A stretch of 64,000 bases of DNA. Origin: the human T2T-CHM13v2.0 reference genome, Homo sapiens. Each line of letters begins with the position of its first letter. The first letter of the stretch is position 1. The position numbers and the translations under genes are program-made. Location of the stretch: assembly GCF_009914755.1 (NCBI RefSeq), contig NC_060927.1; one strand, given 5' to 3'. The notes under the pieces were generated by a model. That model had not been told where the DNA came from. It saw only the letters and a program-made list of their open reading frames with translations, and did not search any database. Below, piece after piece: positions 1 through 15,335 of the stretch.

Positions 1-1369
1 ACGTGCAACACCCAAATCTGTTTCTTAGTTTCAAAAGTCTCATGTGGAGAGCCCCTTGTGATCTCCAAGAGGTGCTGGATGGATGGAGAACGATGTCAGA
101 AAGGAAAGGCCAGGTGTCCCGTGAGGCTGCTGAAATACAAACTGCTGGAGCAGGGCTGGATGAAATGGCCTTTTCTGGAATCTTCCAGATGCATGTCTGT
201 CTTCCCAGCTGTTTCCCCACCTTATTTCCTTGCTAATCTCCTGCTCCGTCTTCTCTCTCTCATCCCCAGCTTTGCCTTCACCTCTTTCCACAAGATTCCA
301 GCATGTGGGGGCCTCAGTCCCTTCTCAGTGTTTTCTCTCTAGCCGGGCCTGGGCCTCATCCTCAGCTCCAGTCTCCGCCTCAAAATTTCTCCTGCCTCAG
401 GCTCTGGGTCACTCCTTCTGGGCCAGAGGTCTGGGGAGCAGAGCATGGGAGTGAAGAGGAACCTGTGAGCCGGAAGGAGGAAGGCAACCCAGGAGGCCTG
501 GTCTGTACTACCAGGGCCTGGTAACCAGCAGAGTGTGGGAGAGATGTGTGCTCTACATCACCGGTGGTGTCATGGAAACCTGCTGACACCGCAGTTCATA
601 CTTCTGTGCAGTGAGATGGAGATGATGTTATTCACTTGAATGCCAGCCAGGCTGGGCCACACAGGCAGGCCTGGTCACGGCTGTTTGAATCATTAGGCCC
701 CACAGACATAGGGGACATGAGCTTTGTAATGGCCCACAAAATGTTTGAGATCTGAAAATATATATATAGATTACAACAACAGAAAAGTAAATCATAAAAT
801 AAAGATAAATGCCTAATTAAATGTCTGCAAACTGTAATACCATATCATCTAGTCAGCCACAAGTCAACTCATGTAAATAATATTTAATGTGGAATGTGGG
901 TGGATTTCTGTGTGAGTTAATATGCTTGCAATGATCTGAAACTGATATTGATGCACAGGGGCTGCTCCCTTGGAGGAAGCTGGTTGTGGGGGCAGGATTA
1001 CATATGTTAGAGGATTTGGATAGAGGGGAAGGCCATGGATAGGCACCAGGGACCCTTAAAAAGGGCAGAGTGAGACAAAGGGGGCGGTATCCAAGATACC
1101 CACATATTCCCCAAAGTGAACCCCTCCTCAGGGCCCTGCAAATCTTTTGTAAAATTCCAAAAATCCCAGTTGGTTCAATTGAGTTTCTTGCAGAAGCCAT
1201 CAAAGGGAGTAGGTGGGAGACTGAGGAGGAAGGTTTGCCTCTCTCAGTATCTCTACAACAGAAACTGCCTCTGTCTACTTCTGCCTGAATGTCCAGTACC
1301 TTGTAGTTCAAGCAGCCTCGCTCTCAACGCAAGAATCTCTTAATGGGTGTTCTGCTTTCATTTCTGCTT

Positions 1370-2000
1370 CTGTTCAATCTTCTCTCCACAAAACAGAAAC
1401 ACTGACCTCTTAAAAATCAGCAATCAGATCCCTTAGGACTCCCACTTAGAAGAAACGTCCACCTCCTTCTTCTGGTTACAAAGCCCTGTGTGATCTGGCC
1501 CCTTCCGGCTGCTCATCCCCCATAGCCACCCTTTCTCTCCTGAGTGCAACTAATCTCAGCCACTCAGGCCTCCCTTGTCTTTGAAATGTGCGCAGCTCAG
1601 CCTGGCCTCAAAGCTTTGGCCCTGGTGGTTCCCTTTGCCAGGAACCCCTCCTCCAGATTTACAGGCTGCCAAGCTGGCCATCCAGGCCTCAGCCAGCAGC
1701 CACCTTCAAGGGAAGACTTCCCTAACCCCCAAGGGGAAATTCACTACATCTCAGGAGCTCACAGGACCCTGTTTCACTTTCTTCATCAAACTTTTCACTA
1801 TCTGAAAATCTCTTTTCTTGCATTGAATTCCTCCCTTTCGTTTGTTTGCCTCTCACCCACTGGAATTTAAATTCTGCCACAACAGGAACTTGCCTGTGTT
1901 TTGCACCATTGTGTTGTTGTTATTGCCTATAATAATGCCTGGGATGTAGTAGGAGGTCAGTAAGTACTTGTTGAAAGAATGAGCTAAAAAAATGAATAAA
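1370..2000 (+). mobile_element. L2 (L2a-like) 3' region, degraded
   Basis: L2-like motifs (aaagccctgtgtgatctggcccc; ggaagacttccctaacc) and typical 3' end gcctgggatgtagtaggaggtcagtaagtacttgttgaaagaatga; boundaries approximate. Confidence 0.75.
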
Positions 2001-2944
2001 TAGGGCTGAACTGACATGGCCCACAGGAGTGCAGAAATCATGGAGATACCTTGAGGTCCTGAGGTTGGGGATAAACTAATTTTTACCTAATCTGCAAGTA
2101 GTCTCCAAGTAACATCTGGTTTACATGTGTATTTAATTATACCCTATCTTGTTTCAGAAAAATTTGTCATTTTCAACGATACATATACTGCAATAATTTA
2201 TTTTTAAATAGTGAATATGGGGAGGAAATAAGTGTTGAAAAAACAAGATGAAATGGGGAAAAGATTAGTAATTAAACTAATATCACAAAGTTCTTTTTAC
2301 CTTGCCAGAAGTGGATTGCAAATTGAACATGGAACTTCTTAATAACCAGTGATAGCTTATCTATACCAAAGTCCTTAAAAAAGAGAAGATAGAAAATGCA
2401 AAATTTTCCTTATAGAATTTTTACCTGTTGGCCATGAAACATAACAACTATGTATAAAATGAGAAGTGTTCTCAATTAATGTTACTAATCTTAGTTATAG
2501 CACTAAATTTGGTTTGCCATCAATTAATATTTATCGAACATGTGCACTCAAAGAGTTTACACATTCCAACAAACTTATGTGTCTTCTTCACATCCTGCTC
2601 AAGTCAGCTGGCAGGATTCAGACCAATTCAAAACATTTCCAAGGAGCACAACCTGCAGCAAGTAGAGTTGGCAGCTCCCTTGGGTGACGCGTGTCTGACT
2701 TAGCTTACTTCTAATTGGCAGAAAATTCTTACTTGAGTTAACGTACAGGCTCCTTAATATTACTGAGGCTCATTTTCTTCATGCTGCCTTCTCAGCCCTC
2801 TTCTCTAGAATAAAGCCCCTCCATTGGTTTAATTTTTTCCAAAATTTATATGTTTCCCCAAACTTTGGTCTCTTTGTTTCTGTCTTTGGAGTTTTTCATG
2901 TTCTCTCTTTCACACACATGCACACACACACACTTTTGAAAGAT

Positions 2945-3412
<468 letters not shown>

Positions 3413-3499
3413 CATGCCATTCCCCTTTAAAATGGCCCTCCCCCCTACTTTCCAGAAACTGTGCCCCTTGGCAGAAACTGTGTTTATTCTTGCTGTCTC

Positions 3500-4118
3500 C
3501 AATCTCCACATCTCTGAACATGCCTGGAATTTCCTTCCACCCTTCTTTGTTTGAAGAACTCCTACTCATCCTTCACAACTAATCTTAGATGTCTCCCCCT
3601 GCAGAAAGCCTTTCTTGGCCGGGCACAGTGGCTCACGCCTGTAATCCCAGCACTTTGGGAGGCCAAGGCAGGCAGATCACGAGGTCAGGAGATCGAAACC
3701 ATCCTGGCTAACACGGTGAAACCCCGTCTCTACTAAAAATACAAAAAATTTGCCGGGTGTGGTGGCGGGTGCCTGTAGTCCCAGCTACTCAGGAGGCTGA
3801 GGCAGGAGAATGGCATGAACCCAGGAGGCGGAGTTGGCAGTGAGCTGAGACCACGCCACTGCACTCCAGCCTGGGTGACAGAGCGAGACTCCGTCTCAAA
3901 AAAAAAAAAAAAAAAAAAAAGAGCCTTTCTTAATTGACACTGCCTCCCCTGGGCTCTCCTAGCAGCCGGTGCATACTTCTAGATCACAGGACTCAGAACA
4001 CTGTGAGGTGTTATCTGTTTACTTGTCTGTCTCCGCAAAGGACTGTTGGGACAAGAGCCAGGACATATTGGTTGCTATATAGTGGTTGCTCTGTTCAATG
4101 CTGGTTGAACTAAAATGA
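3500..4118 (+). mobile_element. L2 3' fragment split by AluY
   Basis: ctcctactcatccttcac...agaaagcctttct, then tctgtttacttgtctgtctcc...gttgaactaaaatga. Confidence 0.6.
3617..3920 (+). mobile_element. Full-length AluY
   Basis: ggccgggcacagtggctcacgcc start; Y diagnostics catcctggctaacacggtgaaacccc and gaatggcatgaaccc; poly-A tail; TSD agcctttctt at 3607-3616 and 3922-3931. Confidence 0.97.
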
Positions 4119-4337
4119 GTACAGAACTGATTCCGTGGGGGAAAAAAAGCAACCAACAAAATGACAGCATCACATTCTCATATATATCATACTTAAACAA
4201 TCCAGTATCATGCTTGCTTTTCTGGCTGGGACTAAAAGAAACTACTTATTTTTATTCTTTGTCATTTAAACAAATTGAGATTTAACTCATCGTTGCAGAT
4301 GAAGCCTTATTTCTCTTGCAAAATGAAAACCATTTCA

Positions 4338-4597
4338 GGGAAGTGGTATAAAGTGTTGGACAGAACCCTTTACTGGTCACTGGATTTGAGCCCCACTACT
4401 GCCCCTCCTAGTTGTGAGATTTGGTGCAAATTAGTGAATCTTCCTGGACTTCAGTTTTCTCATCTGTAAAATGGGTATTGTGGTACCTGCCTTGTCTCCC
4501 TCTCACATTTCTTGTGAAGATCAGATGTAATGGTAGATGTGAACGTGCTTTTACAATACTAGATCACACCTCTGTAGATGTGAGATAATGTATTATT
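4338..4597 (+). mobile_element. MIR (MIRc/MIR3-like)
   Basis: Core cttcagttttctcatctgtaaaatggg plus flanking MIR-like sequence. Confidence 0.8.
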
Positions 4598-5632
4598 TGG
4601 AAAGAAATCTTGGAGTTAGACACCTATTCCAATAAGGGGTAGGGAACTATTCTAGCTGCAAGGTTAACTGTAGATATTAGTCCTTCTGAATCAAGATTCA
4701 ACTGTAAAGCAATTTATATTCATTAGATGTTAAGAGATGTCCCAATATATTTCACATAAATGGCACTGTTTTGAGAGGCAGGGTGTGTCTCTGCAGGCTT
4801 GTTCAGTGTTCCTAGGGAAGAGGATAACTATGTAACTTCATCAAGGGGATGTGGGGGCAGGGCTGGACAGTAGAGGCAAATGCCAGGGTGCACACTCCAA
4901 ACACAGGGCTGTGCCAATTATGACTATTTTTACATGACCACTGAACTCTGAAAACTTACCATATAACAATTTGTCAGCTAGAAGATGTCTACATGCTAGT
5001 CCTTTAATTTTTCTTTGCTGCTTTCTAATTTTACTGTGATGATAACAAAATGAAACCACAGCACTTCCATCAGAAATCAGAGCATGTCCGTGAATAACTA
5101 ACAGACTGCATCCAGTTTTCCCAGTGAATTCTCAAAGCCAAACGTGGGTTGGCTTTTGTATATAAATTGCCAGTGCGCCTTTTCCATTCTGGTGGGAGCT
5201 CTCTGAAGGGAACATTACAGCTGTGATGAATAACAGTCCCTCTAAAGAAGCTGGCGTGAAGCACGCATTTCATCCCACTGAATGGAACACTGCGCCTGCC
5301 GCCAAATGTTGCTGGGTCTCCCACAATTAAATAAATATATACATATGTCGCTTGGCTTTGTTTCCAAGTCTTAGGCTCTATAGAAACCAAGCACTTTATT
5401 ACTATTAATAATACTATGGTTATAATAGATGCAGAGCCAAGGAATGGTACTTTGTCCTTAGTGGTTTTGATGAAAGTTTCCATTGTTCATTACTTATTTC
5501 TTACAACAACCTTTAACCCCTTGTTTACCACTATAATAAATGACAGTATTTTTCCAATATACGTTATCTCTATGTAGCCAATATTTTGATCAATTAATCT
5601 ATAAAAATGATAACATCTACCTCAGAGACCAG

Positions 5633-5790
5633 GATAATCATAGTTAACATTTATTATGTGCCAAGCATTTTTCTAATTATTGTTATACCCATTTTGCAGG
5701 AGAGGAAACTGAGGTTCAGGGAGATTACATTACTTCTCTAACATGGCATAGCTGGAATTTGAACCCAGACCACTATGTTCTAATGCTTCT
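5633..5790 (-). mobile_element. MIR fragment
   Basis: cccattttgcaggagaggaaactgaggttcagggag (antisense MIR core). Confidence 0.75.
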
Positions 5791-6199
5791 CCATGTAAGT
5801 AAAAGCCCAAACCACTGTACAATGAATTCTCTTTGCCTTTTACTGCCAAACAGTGACAGAATCACAACTATTCCTGTGTATAGAAAGGTTTTTTTTTAGA
5901 GACATAACAGTTGTTAGTGGCTCTCAGTAATGATTGTCAAGATACTTTGTTTTTGAAATGCCACTTAAAAAACCCAAGATATTATTTAGACCCAAACAAG
6001 AGACTATGGAGTAAATATCTAGTTTTCTGTTTCATTAAAAAATTCTATTATCTGTAATTCTTGAAGATAACATCACCTGCCCTTTGGACAATTCCTATCA
6101 ATTTTAATTTGTCTTGTTACTCTCCACTCTCCCTACCCTCCCACTCACCTGAAGGCTGTTATGGAAACTGCCGTTCAATGGCCTGGCTCCCTGCCACCT

Positions 6200-6730
6200 C
6201 ACCCCCAGCTGTAGTGAGCCTATTGCCTATGGGATTGGATCCAAATTCATCATGTCAAAGCCCTCATTAATGTGGTTTCATCTTACTTATCCATTCTTAT
6301 TTCCTTCAATTTGTCCACATCTACCCTGACTTTCAACCTAGAGCAACTCCTTTCTGCCCTTCGGATATGCCCTGCTTACTCCTTCTGATTCCACACCTTT
6401 GATCATGCAGTCCCCACTCTGCGAAGTACTCAACTCCAACATATAAAGACCCTTCAAGACCCATTTCTTCCTTGAAGCCAACTATTTTAGTACACCCCCA
6501 TCTTGCTTTCCCCTAACTTTCTTCCTATTTCAAATATAGCTATTAACAGTTAGTTGAGCTATCAATTATTCTTTAAGGCATTGCTAAACAGGTGACATTT
6601 GGGACCCCCAAATATATTGTCACCTCCTTAAGGACAGGGCCCACCTTAAGTGTTCTCTTATATCCTCCAGAATATCCAGCACAATGCGGAGGAAACATTA
6701 GGTACTCAATATATACTCACCGGGTAATGA
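6200..6730 (+). mobile_element. L2 (L2c-like) 3' region
   Basis: ctccttaaggacaggg...ccagcacaatgc...taggtactcaatatatact, L2 3' end pattern. Confidence 0.6.
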
Positions 6731-6901
6731 AGTTTGGAAATAGTCAAACTTGCATTTAAAAATCTTAGGTTTTTAATTTATAGCACACTTATTAATTTTA
6801 TAATTTTATTTAAGTAATACTCTAAAACAATCTGAATGTACAACAGTAAGTGTTATTTAAGGAATAATACATCCATACAATGGAAATAATATGTAGCTAT
6901 T

Positions 6902-8826
<1,925 letters not shown>

Positions 8827-8979
8827 AAAAAGTGTTCTTTCAGAAATATTATGATGTCAAATGCTTTGTGATACATTGGTAAATTTTTAAAATGTTACAA
8901 AAACCATGTTCAGAATATTCTCAGTTTGGAAATGAAAACTCCAATATTAACCAATATTAAAAAGTGCTAACCACAAAGG

Positions 8980-9330
8980 AAAAGACTAATAATTCACACT
9001 TTGAAAAAAGCATATACCTTTAACAGAGTATGGGGCAAGCCTGACAGAGGACTCAAATCCAGAAGATATACAAGAATTCTTACAAATCAATAAGAAAAAG
9101 GGGACAGTAACTTTTAAAAGATGGGCAAAAGGCTTGAACAGGCATAAACAAGATGTCCAAGTGGTCAATAAACAAATGAAAATGTGCCCAACACCATTAG
9201 TTATCAGCAAAATGCAAATAAAAACCATAATGAGATACCAGTACACACCAACTGGATGGCAAGGATAAAAACAGAACAAAAAACAAAAAACTGAAAATAT
9301 CAAGTGTTCGCAAGGATAGGGAGCAACTTT
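8980..9330 (+). mobile_element. Old L1M (L1ME-like) ORF2 3' fragment
   Basis: caaatcaataagaaaaag...atgggcaaaaggcttgaacagg...aaatgcaaataaaaaccataatgagatacca. Confidence 0.8.
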
Positions 9331-9479
9331 CTGGGACTTCTATTACCATTCCTTTATGAAGAATCCCTTGTTTCTTCTATTCAATGACTTTGTATTTCTT
9401 AGTTTATCTTCTATTTTTGCTGGTATCTGTATACTTTGATGCTTTCCTAAGAAAGAATGGATAAGACTTAAATTTTTGA

Positions 9480-9822
<343 letters not shown>

Positions 9823-11799
9823 CCATTGTCTTCTACTGTCTAGTGTTGCTGCTGAGAAAGCTGAAGCCCATTTTGAAATAATCACCAAAAGCTTTATGAT
9901 CTTTTCTTGTCCCTGGTGTTCTAGAATTTTTAAATGATCAGCCTTAGTTTGGGTCTTTGTTCTTTTTCCCACTGTGATGGACTTTCCAGGATCCATCCCT
10001 TTCCATGTGAAACTCACATCCTCAAGTTCTGAAAAATGTCTACAATTTCCTCCATCTCAGCCCCACACATCCCTCATTTTCCCTTTCTGGATTACAGGTG
10101 ACCATTGGACCTCCTGGGTTATTAATTTTCTTTCTCTCTTTTATTTCATTTCTTGGCTTCTTTTTGTTCTACTTATAGTAGATTTTCTTAACTTTATCAT
10201 TCTACCCTTGACATTTTCATCTCATTTTTAGTGATAATAATCACTGAGATTTTTATTTTGGCTATCATAGTTTAAATTTCTATGAGCTTTTCCTTATTAT
10301 TGGAATGTATCTTTTTTCCTAGGCTTGATTTGGTTAGTGAATACAAACAACTTCTCTTTTCTCCCATAGAAAATAAATTATAATTGTTCCAATATTTTCT
10401 TCTTCTCACTTCGTTATCTCATTCATATACATTCCCATAGTCTGCATATTTGTTTTGGTGTCACTTTCTTGTATATTGGAGGATTTTTCTATTGTTGGTG
10501 ATCCTTGGCCTCTGTTCATATTTTAGAGGGAGGAATTAAAATGTGTAAAAGTATATATACTGCACGTATCACCCGGTGAGCCTCTCTGTTGAATTATCAA
10601 GAAGAAAAAATGGCAAATTTTATTTTTAAAAATGTCAAGCAATGATTTCCAAATAAAAAAGTAACCTGTTCAATACCAAAGATTCATGAATAATAAAAAT
10701 TTTGGTCATGAATAAGTGGGTAGATGCAGAAGTAAATTGTTGAATTCTAGAATCCAGTTTAACTCTACACTGTAGAGAAAAAGTTGAAGTGGTAGATCCT
10801 CAGTAAAGCAGCTCCATGGTTTATAAAAAAAGTATAATAGCGCTCTTCATTCTGAGCAGGTAAACAGAGCTCTTTTTAAAGTGATTGTGGAGAAAATGAA
10901 TCTGACGGAATATTTAAAAACTCATTGGTGCCTGTTGGAAAACCTTGAAAGATATTATAATTTGAAGACAAATTTGTTAGTATAGTGTACACTTCCTCAC
11001 AATTTCCTTCTTTTCTTTAACAATCTTATAAAAATTTGCACTTAAAAGCACCTTGGCTGCTGAAGAGTTCTGTGGGTTGTTGGATTATTTTCCTTTCACC
11101 TCATGGTTTCACTTCACCTAGTAATTAAAACTGTAGAAAACCAAAAAGAGGCAAATAAGAATAATATTCCTCAAGGTTGCTTTTCCTGTCGTTAGCAGAA
11201 AGTCGTCAAAGTATAACGTTTTTAAAAGTTTTTCAGAAGATATTGAATTCATTCAGACATTCAAGAGAAATGAAACTTGCAAACACCATCAAAGCCTCAT
11301 GAATTCCTTTTACATATTTGCCATTAACTCATTTTGTCATAGCAACCTCATTAATTCATCATCTTTGTTTTTTGCCCCTTTTCCTTTTCTCTTATTATAA
11401 CTTACAGGTCACCCCAATACATAAGCACAGCTTTGGTCATTGTTTGCTGGCTCTTCTGTCTGATATATTTGGGGGAAGGAAGTCACAAATAGTGACTGCT
11501 GGCTTCACACAGGTGCTTGCAGAAGGGATCACTGATTAATGAGAGTCTCATATTGAAGGGGATTACTTGGCTGGGTTTTTTACAGCTTGATTCTCTGCCC
11601 AATGAGTAATGGCAGAAAGTATTCACTTGCCTAACGATGACTCCTTGTATATTATATCAGAAAGCAGCTAAGGATTGTAACTTAACTTGTAAGATATAAT
11701 TTGAGATTTTTAAATGGAGAAAGTGCAGCCAGAAGACAAATTGACGTGGCATGGGAATTAAGTACCGCCGAGGACAAAGTCATCCTGGCTAAAATGGTG

Positions 11800-11983
11800 C
11801 AGTGGTGCTTGCTCTTAGCTGCATATCACATTAGAATCATTTGGGGAACTTCTAAGCAAGCACCCATAGGTGGGCTCTGTTCCAGTTCAACGGAAACTGG
11901 ATCCCTGGGAGGGGGCCTGAGAATTAGCATATTGCAAAGTTCCCCAGGTGATTCTGATGCACTGTGAGGGTTAAGAATTGCTG
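11800..11983. mobile_element. MER5B-like hAT-Charlie MITE
   Basis: cagtggt start, cattagaatcatttggggaactt, ccccaggtgattctgatgca, ttaagaattgctg end. Confidence 0.75.
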
Positions 11984-13884
11984 ATACAGGACAAGATACA
12001 TTATGCAGGAATAGGAATAATTAAGCTCCCTCTGTCTCCCCAGCTCTATATAAGACACATCATGGGAGAATATGCAAAGACATAGAGGGCATGGCTCTCA
12101 CAGGACTTTGTAATCTATATCAGAGGCAAGATAAGCACAGAAGAATAGCTGAGAGCAGCATAAGGCAATATCTAATCATGCGGACATTATACCTACAGGG
12201 ATGCTGGGGAGGAAAGACCATGGTGGGTGAGGATGGTTTAGAGGCTTCACAGGGAAAGTGTTGACTTAGGGCTTTGTGGGGAGTAGGAAGGGGGCATTCA
12301 CTGCAGGTGAGACAGAAAGCAAAGGAAAGAGTGTGCTGGGGCGGTGGGGAAGAGCTAGTGGACTGTCCTGGGGCTGTGGTTTAGGTTTGGTTTACTCTAT
12401 TCTCATTACCAGCCTCCACTGAGCACTTTACATCAATCTTTACTGGAACTCCTCTGTGATGTGTCATTACAGATGAAGAAACTGGGCCTTCAAGGCTTAA
12501 GTAACTTGCTCAGTGTCTAGTTCCCTTTTCTGTCAGCAAATCCAGGTGAGGGTCATCAAGCTGACCTGGTCCCAAGGGGGAAGGTCGGAAAACTCATTAT
12601 CTGCAGTTGTGACACCAGTGGGCTGGAGCATTTGCAGGGGCAAAGTGGAGAAGCAGCAGCAAACTGGCCTCTAATGCGAGAGAACCTGAAGCCCTCGTCA
12701 GGATCCCAGGTGAGGATCAAGAGACTCAGATAAGCTGGGGCCACCAGACCTGGGGCAGGTCAGGAGTTATTCAGACCCAACACTGGAGATGGAAGTCCTG
12801 CCTACTGTCAGGCTCTTCCATGCTCCTGGAGGCAGGCTTGCGTGTGAAGCAGAAAGTTCTGACATGGCCTCCTGGATGCCACAAATATCTTATAACCTCA
12901 AAAAAAATAGCATTCTTTTCTTCTTGTTTTCTATTATTATGTAAAAATATCATATACCATTAAGCAACGTGCACCTCAGCCTGCCTCACGCATTCCTGAC
13001 CCTTTGAGCTATAAAGAGACATTTATGGCACCTGGGGTAAACAGCAGGAGATGTTCTTCTCCAAATCAATTTTATAATTCATGATAGGGCTCACAGATGG
13101 GCATTATTAACAGTGCACACCATCTGGCAGCTTCCCACTTTAAATCATTACTCTTGCTAAATAGATGTTAAGCTTTCAAAATCATTATTTACAATTTTTG
13201 TGTCGTCTAAGTTTCATGCCTTAGCTACAAGCCTTTTCCAATGTTTGGCTTCTGTTCTTCTCCTACTCCAGTCAGAGATTGGGTACAGCTCAGGCATGGG
13301 GTAAGGGCGGATGTTGCACAGATACCGGTATGAAAACAACTGAGTTTAATGGCTTACTTCTCAGGGTCATGAAATAACGTTAAAGTTTTAATGTTTATGG
13401 CATTCAAGAGGCCATGCCCAAACAGTATAAACATTTTATGTGATATTATGAGCCCCCTAAGGTACCCAGGAGAGACAGGAGTCTGGTAGAATCAAAGCAA
13501 GCAAGTGGTATAGATGCAATTTGAATTCAGTCTGTGTGATACTAAAAAATTTCTTTCCACCATATTATGCCCTGGCTACCTAGACACTATGTGCACTGCA
13601 AAGAGGCATCAGCTATGGTTCTTGTCTTCCAGGAGTTTTCAGTTTAGCTGTACTGACAGGCCGAAACATGAGAAGATAAATAACAACTCATGATTGGCAT
13701 CAGACTGAAGCCAAACAAGATGAAGGCACATTAAGTGCTGAAGAAAACCAATTCTCCAGTGATTCTCTTCGAAACTTACTGTTCTAGATTATTCGAGATT
13801 GAATCTGCATTTCCACTATTTAGTTTTTATTATTTATATTTTTCAAACAGGTATTACAAGCACATGGCAAAATATTTATTGTAT

Positions 13885-14176
13885 TTTTTTAGAGACAGGA
13901 TCTTGCTCTGTCACCCAGGCTGGAGTGTAGTGGCATGATCATAGCTCATGCAGCTTCGAACTCCTGGCCTCAAACAATCCTCCTGACTCAGCCTCTGGAG
14001 TAGCCAGGACTGCAGGTGTGTGCTACCATCCCAGGATTTTTTGTTTTGTTGTTTTGTTTTTAGTGTTAGGGTCTTTTTATGTTGCCCAGGCTGGTCTTGA
14101 CTCTTTGCCTCAAGCAATCCTCCCATCTCGGCCTCCTAAAGTGCTGGGGTTACAGATGTGAGCCACCACACCTGGT
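13885..14176 (-). mobile_element. AluJ
   Basis: J-type gatcatagctca...ctcaagcaatcctccc; diverged; putative TSD caaaat(a/g)ttta. Confidence 0.93.
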
Positions 14177-14249
14177 TTCAAAATGTTTAAATGATGCAAA
14201 AGGATAGACAGCAAATAATGTTTCCCACCTCTATCGCCCAGGATCCTAG

Positions 14250-14685
14250 CAGAAAACCAAATTTACCTCCAGAAGCTTCAAATTTAGAGGCTTTACTGAA
14301 GGGACTGCTTACAGAGGTGTAGGGTTAAGGGGAAAAAAACAAGAGATGTGGAGGCCCCAGAGACTGACAACAGCCTGAGGAAGGAAAGAGCGTTAGTGGA
14401 GCCCAGTGAGAGTCGGAGCCTTGGAGGACCTAGCTGTGGACAGACACAACTATTGTGAGACACGGCACCAAAGTGGGGAGGGAGCGTGGAAGGAATAGCT
14501 CGTCTTTCTCACTCTCAGATCTTTTGCTGGTGAATCCCATTGGTCAAACCCAAGAGGAAGTCAACCACCAAGGAAAAAGCGTGATGGAGGCTTTGGAGGA
14601 CACTCTGGACAGGGCAGAGAGGAGGGCAGGAATGTGATCTTGGGTGGTGTTGGGTTGGGGCAGACCCACAGAACAACCAACATAG
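14250..14685. mobile_element. ERVL LTR relic (LTR33-like)
   Basis: cccattggtcaaacccaagaggaagtc...cagggcagagaggagggcaggaatg resembles recalled LTR33 consensus. Confidence 0.55.
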
Positions 14686-14722
14686 CACTACCCTATCCCT
14701 CAGTCCCCTGAGGCAACAATTC

Positions 14723-14965
14723 CAGTAGACTCTTGAACAACATGGTTTGAACTTTGTGGATCCACTTATATGTGGATTTTTTTCACCCAAACTAAGCGCA
14801 TCAAAAACACAGCATTTGTGGGATTAGAAATCTGAGTGTGTACAAGGCTGGCTTTTGGTATAGTAGGGTTCTGCAGGTCCAATTGTGGGACTTGAAGAGT
14901 GTGTGGATTTGAGTATACATGTGGGGTCCTCGAAACAATCCCTTACATATACTGAGAGAGAACTA
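14723..14965 (-). mobile_element. MER8 (TcMar-Tigger MITE)
   Basis: End cagtagactcttgaacaacatggtttgaact...ccacttata; other end gggtcctcgaaacaatccc...actgagagagaact; length ~240 bp fits. Confidence 0.85.
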
Positions 14966-15176
14966 TATTAGCATTTTCTTTGTAACCATCCAGAAATAGT
15001 CAATGCATGTACAAGCTACAATGTCTATGCCAACCCATTTTCTATACAAATAGTAGGAAACTCTTCCCCGACTATCCCCCACCCCCGCCCCACCCACTCT
15101 TGCTTTTTATCACTCAACAGTCATATTTCTTGGATATGGGCCCATTCTAGCATCCACAGAACTACCTTGTTGGATA

Positions 15177-15335
15177 CCAAGGGTTCTGAAAGCATGGTCT
15201 CTGAATGAACAGCATCAGCATAATGTGGGATCTTGTTAGAAAGGCAAAGAATTAGAAACTTGGTGGATGAGGCTCAGCAATTCATGCTTTAACAAGCTCT
15301 CTGGGTCCTTCTGATGCATATCCAGATCCAGAGTT
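15177..15335 (+). mobile_element. MER5A (hAT-Charlie), internally deleted
   Basis: cagcatcagcataatgtgggatcttgttagaaa...tttaacaagctctctgggtccttctgatgca. Confidence 0.7.

Noticed and set aside
3-1343. Overlapping 60-152 aa ORFs at the window start
   Set aside because: No recognisable domain, many non-ATG starts, no consistent splice signals; expected by chance in slightly GC-richer DNA.
5070-5483. 137-aa minus-strand ORF with a hydrophobic N-terminal stretch
   Set aside because: The hydrophobicity reflects AT-rich codons; no family resemblance or gene-structure support.
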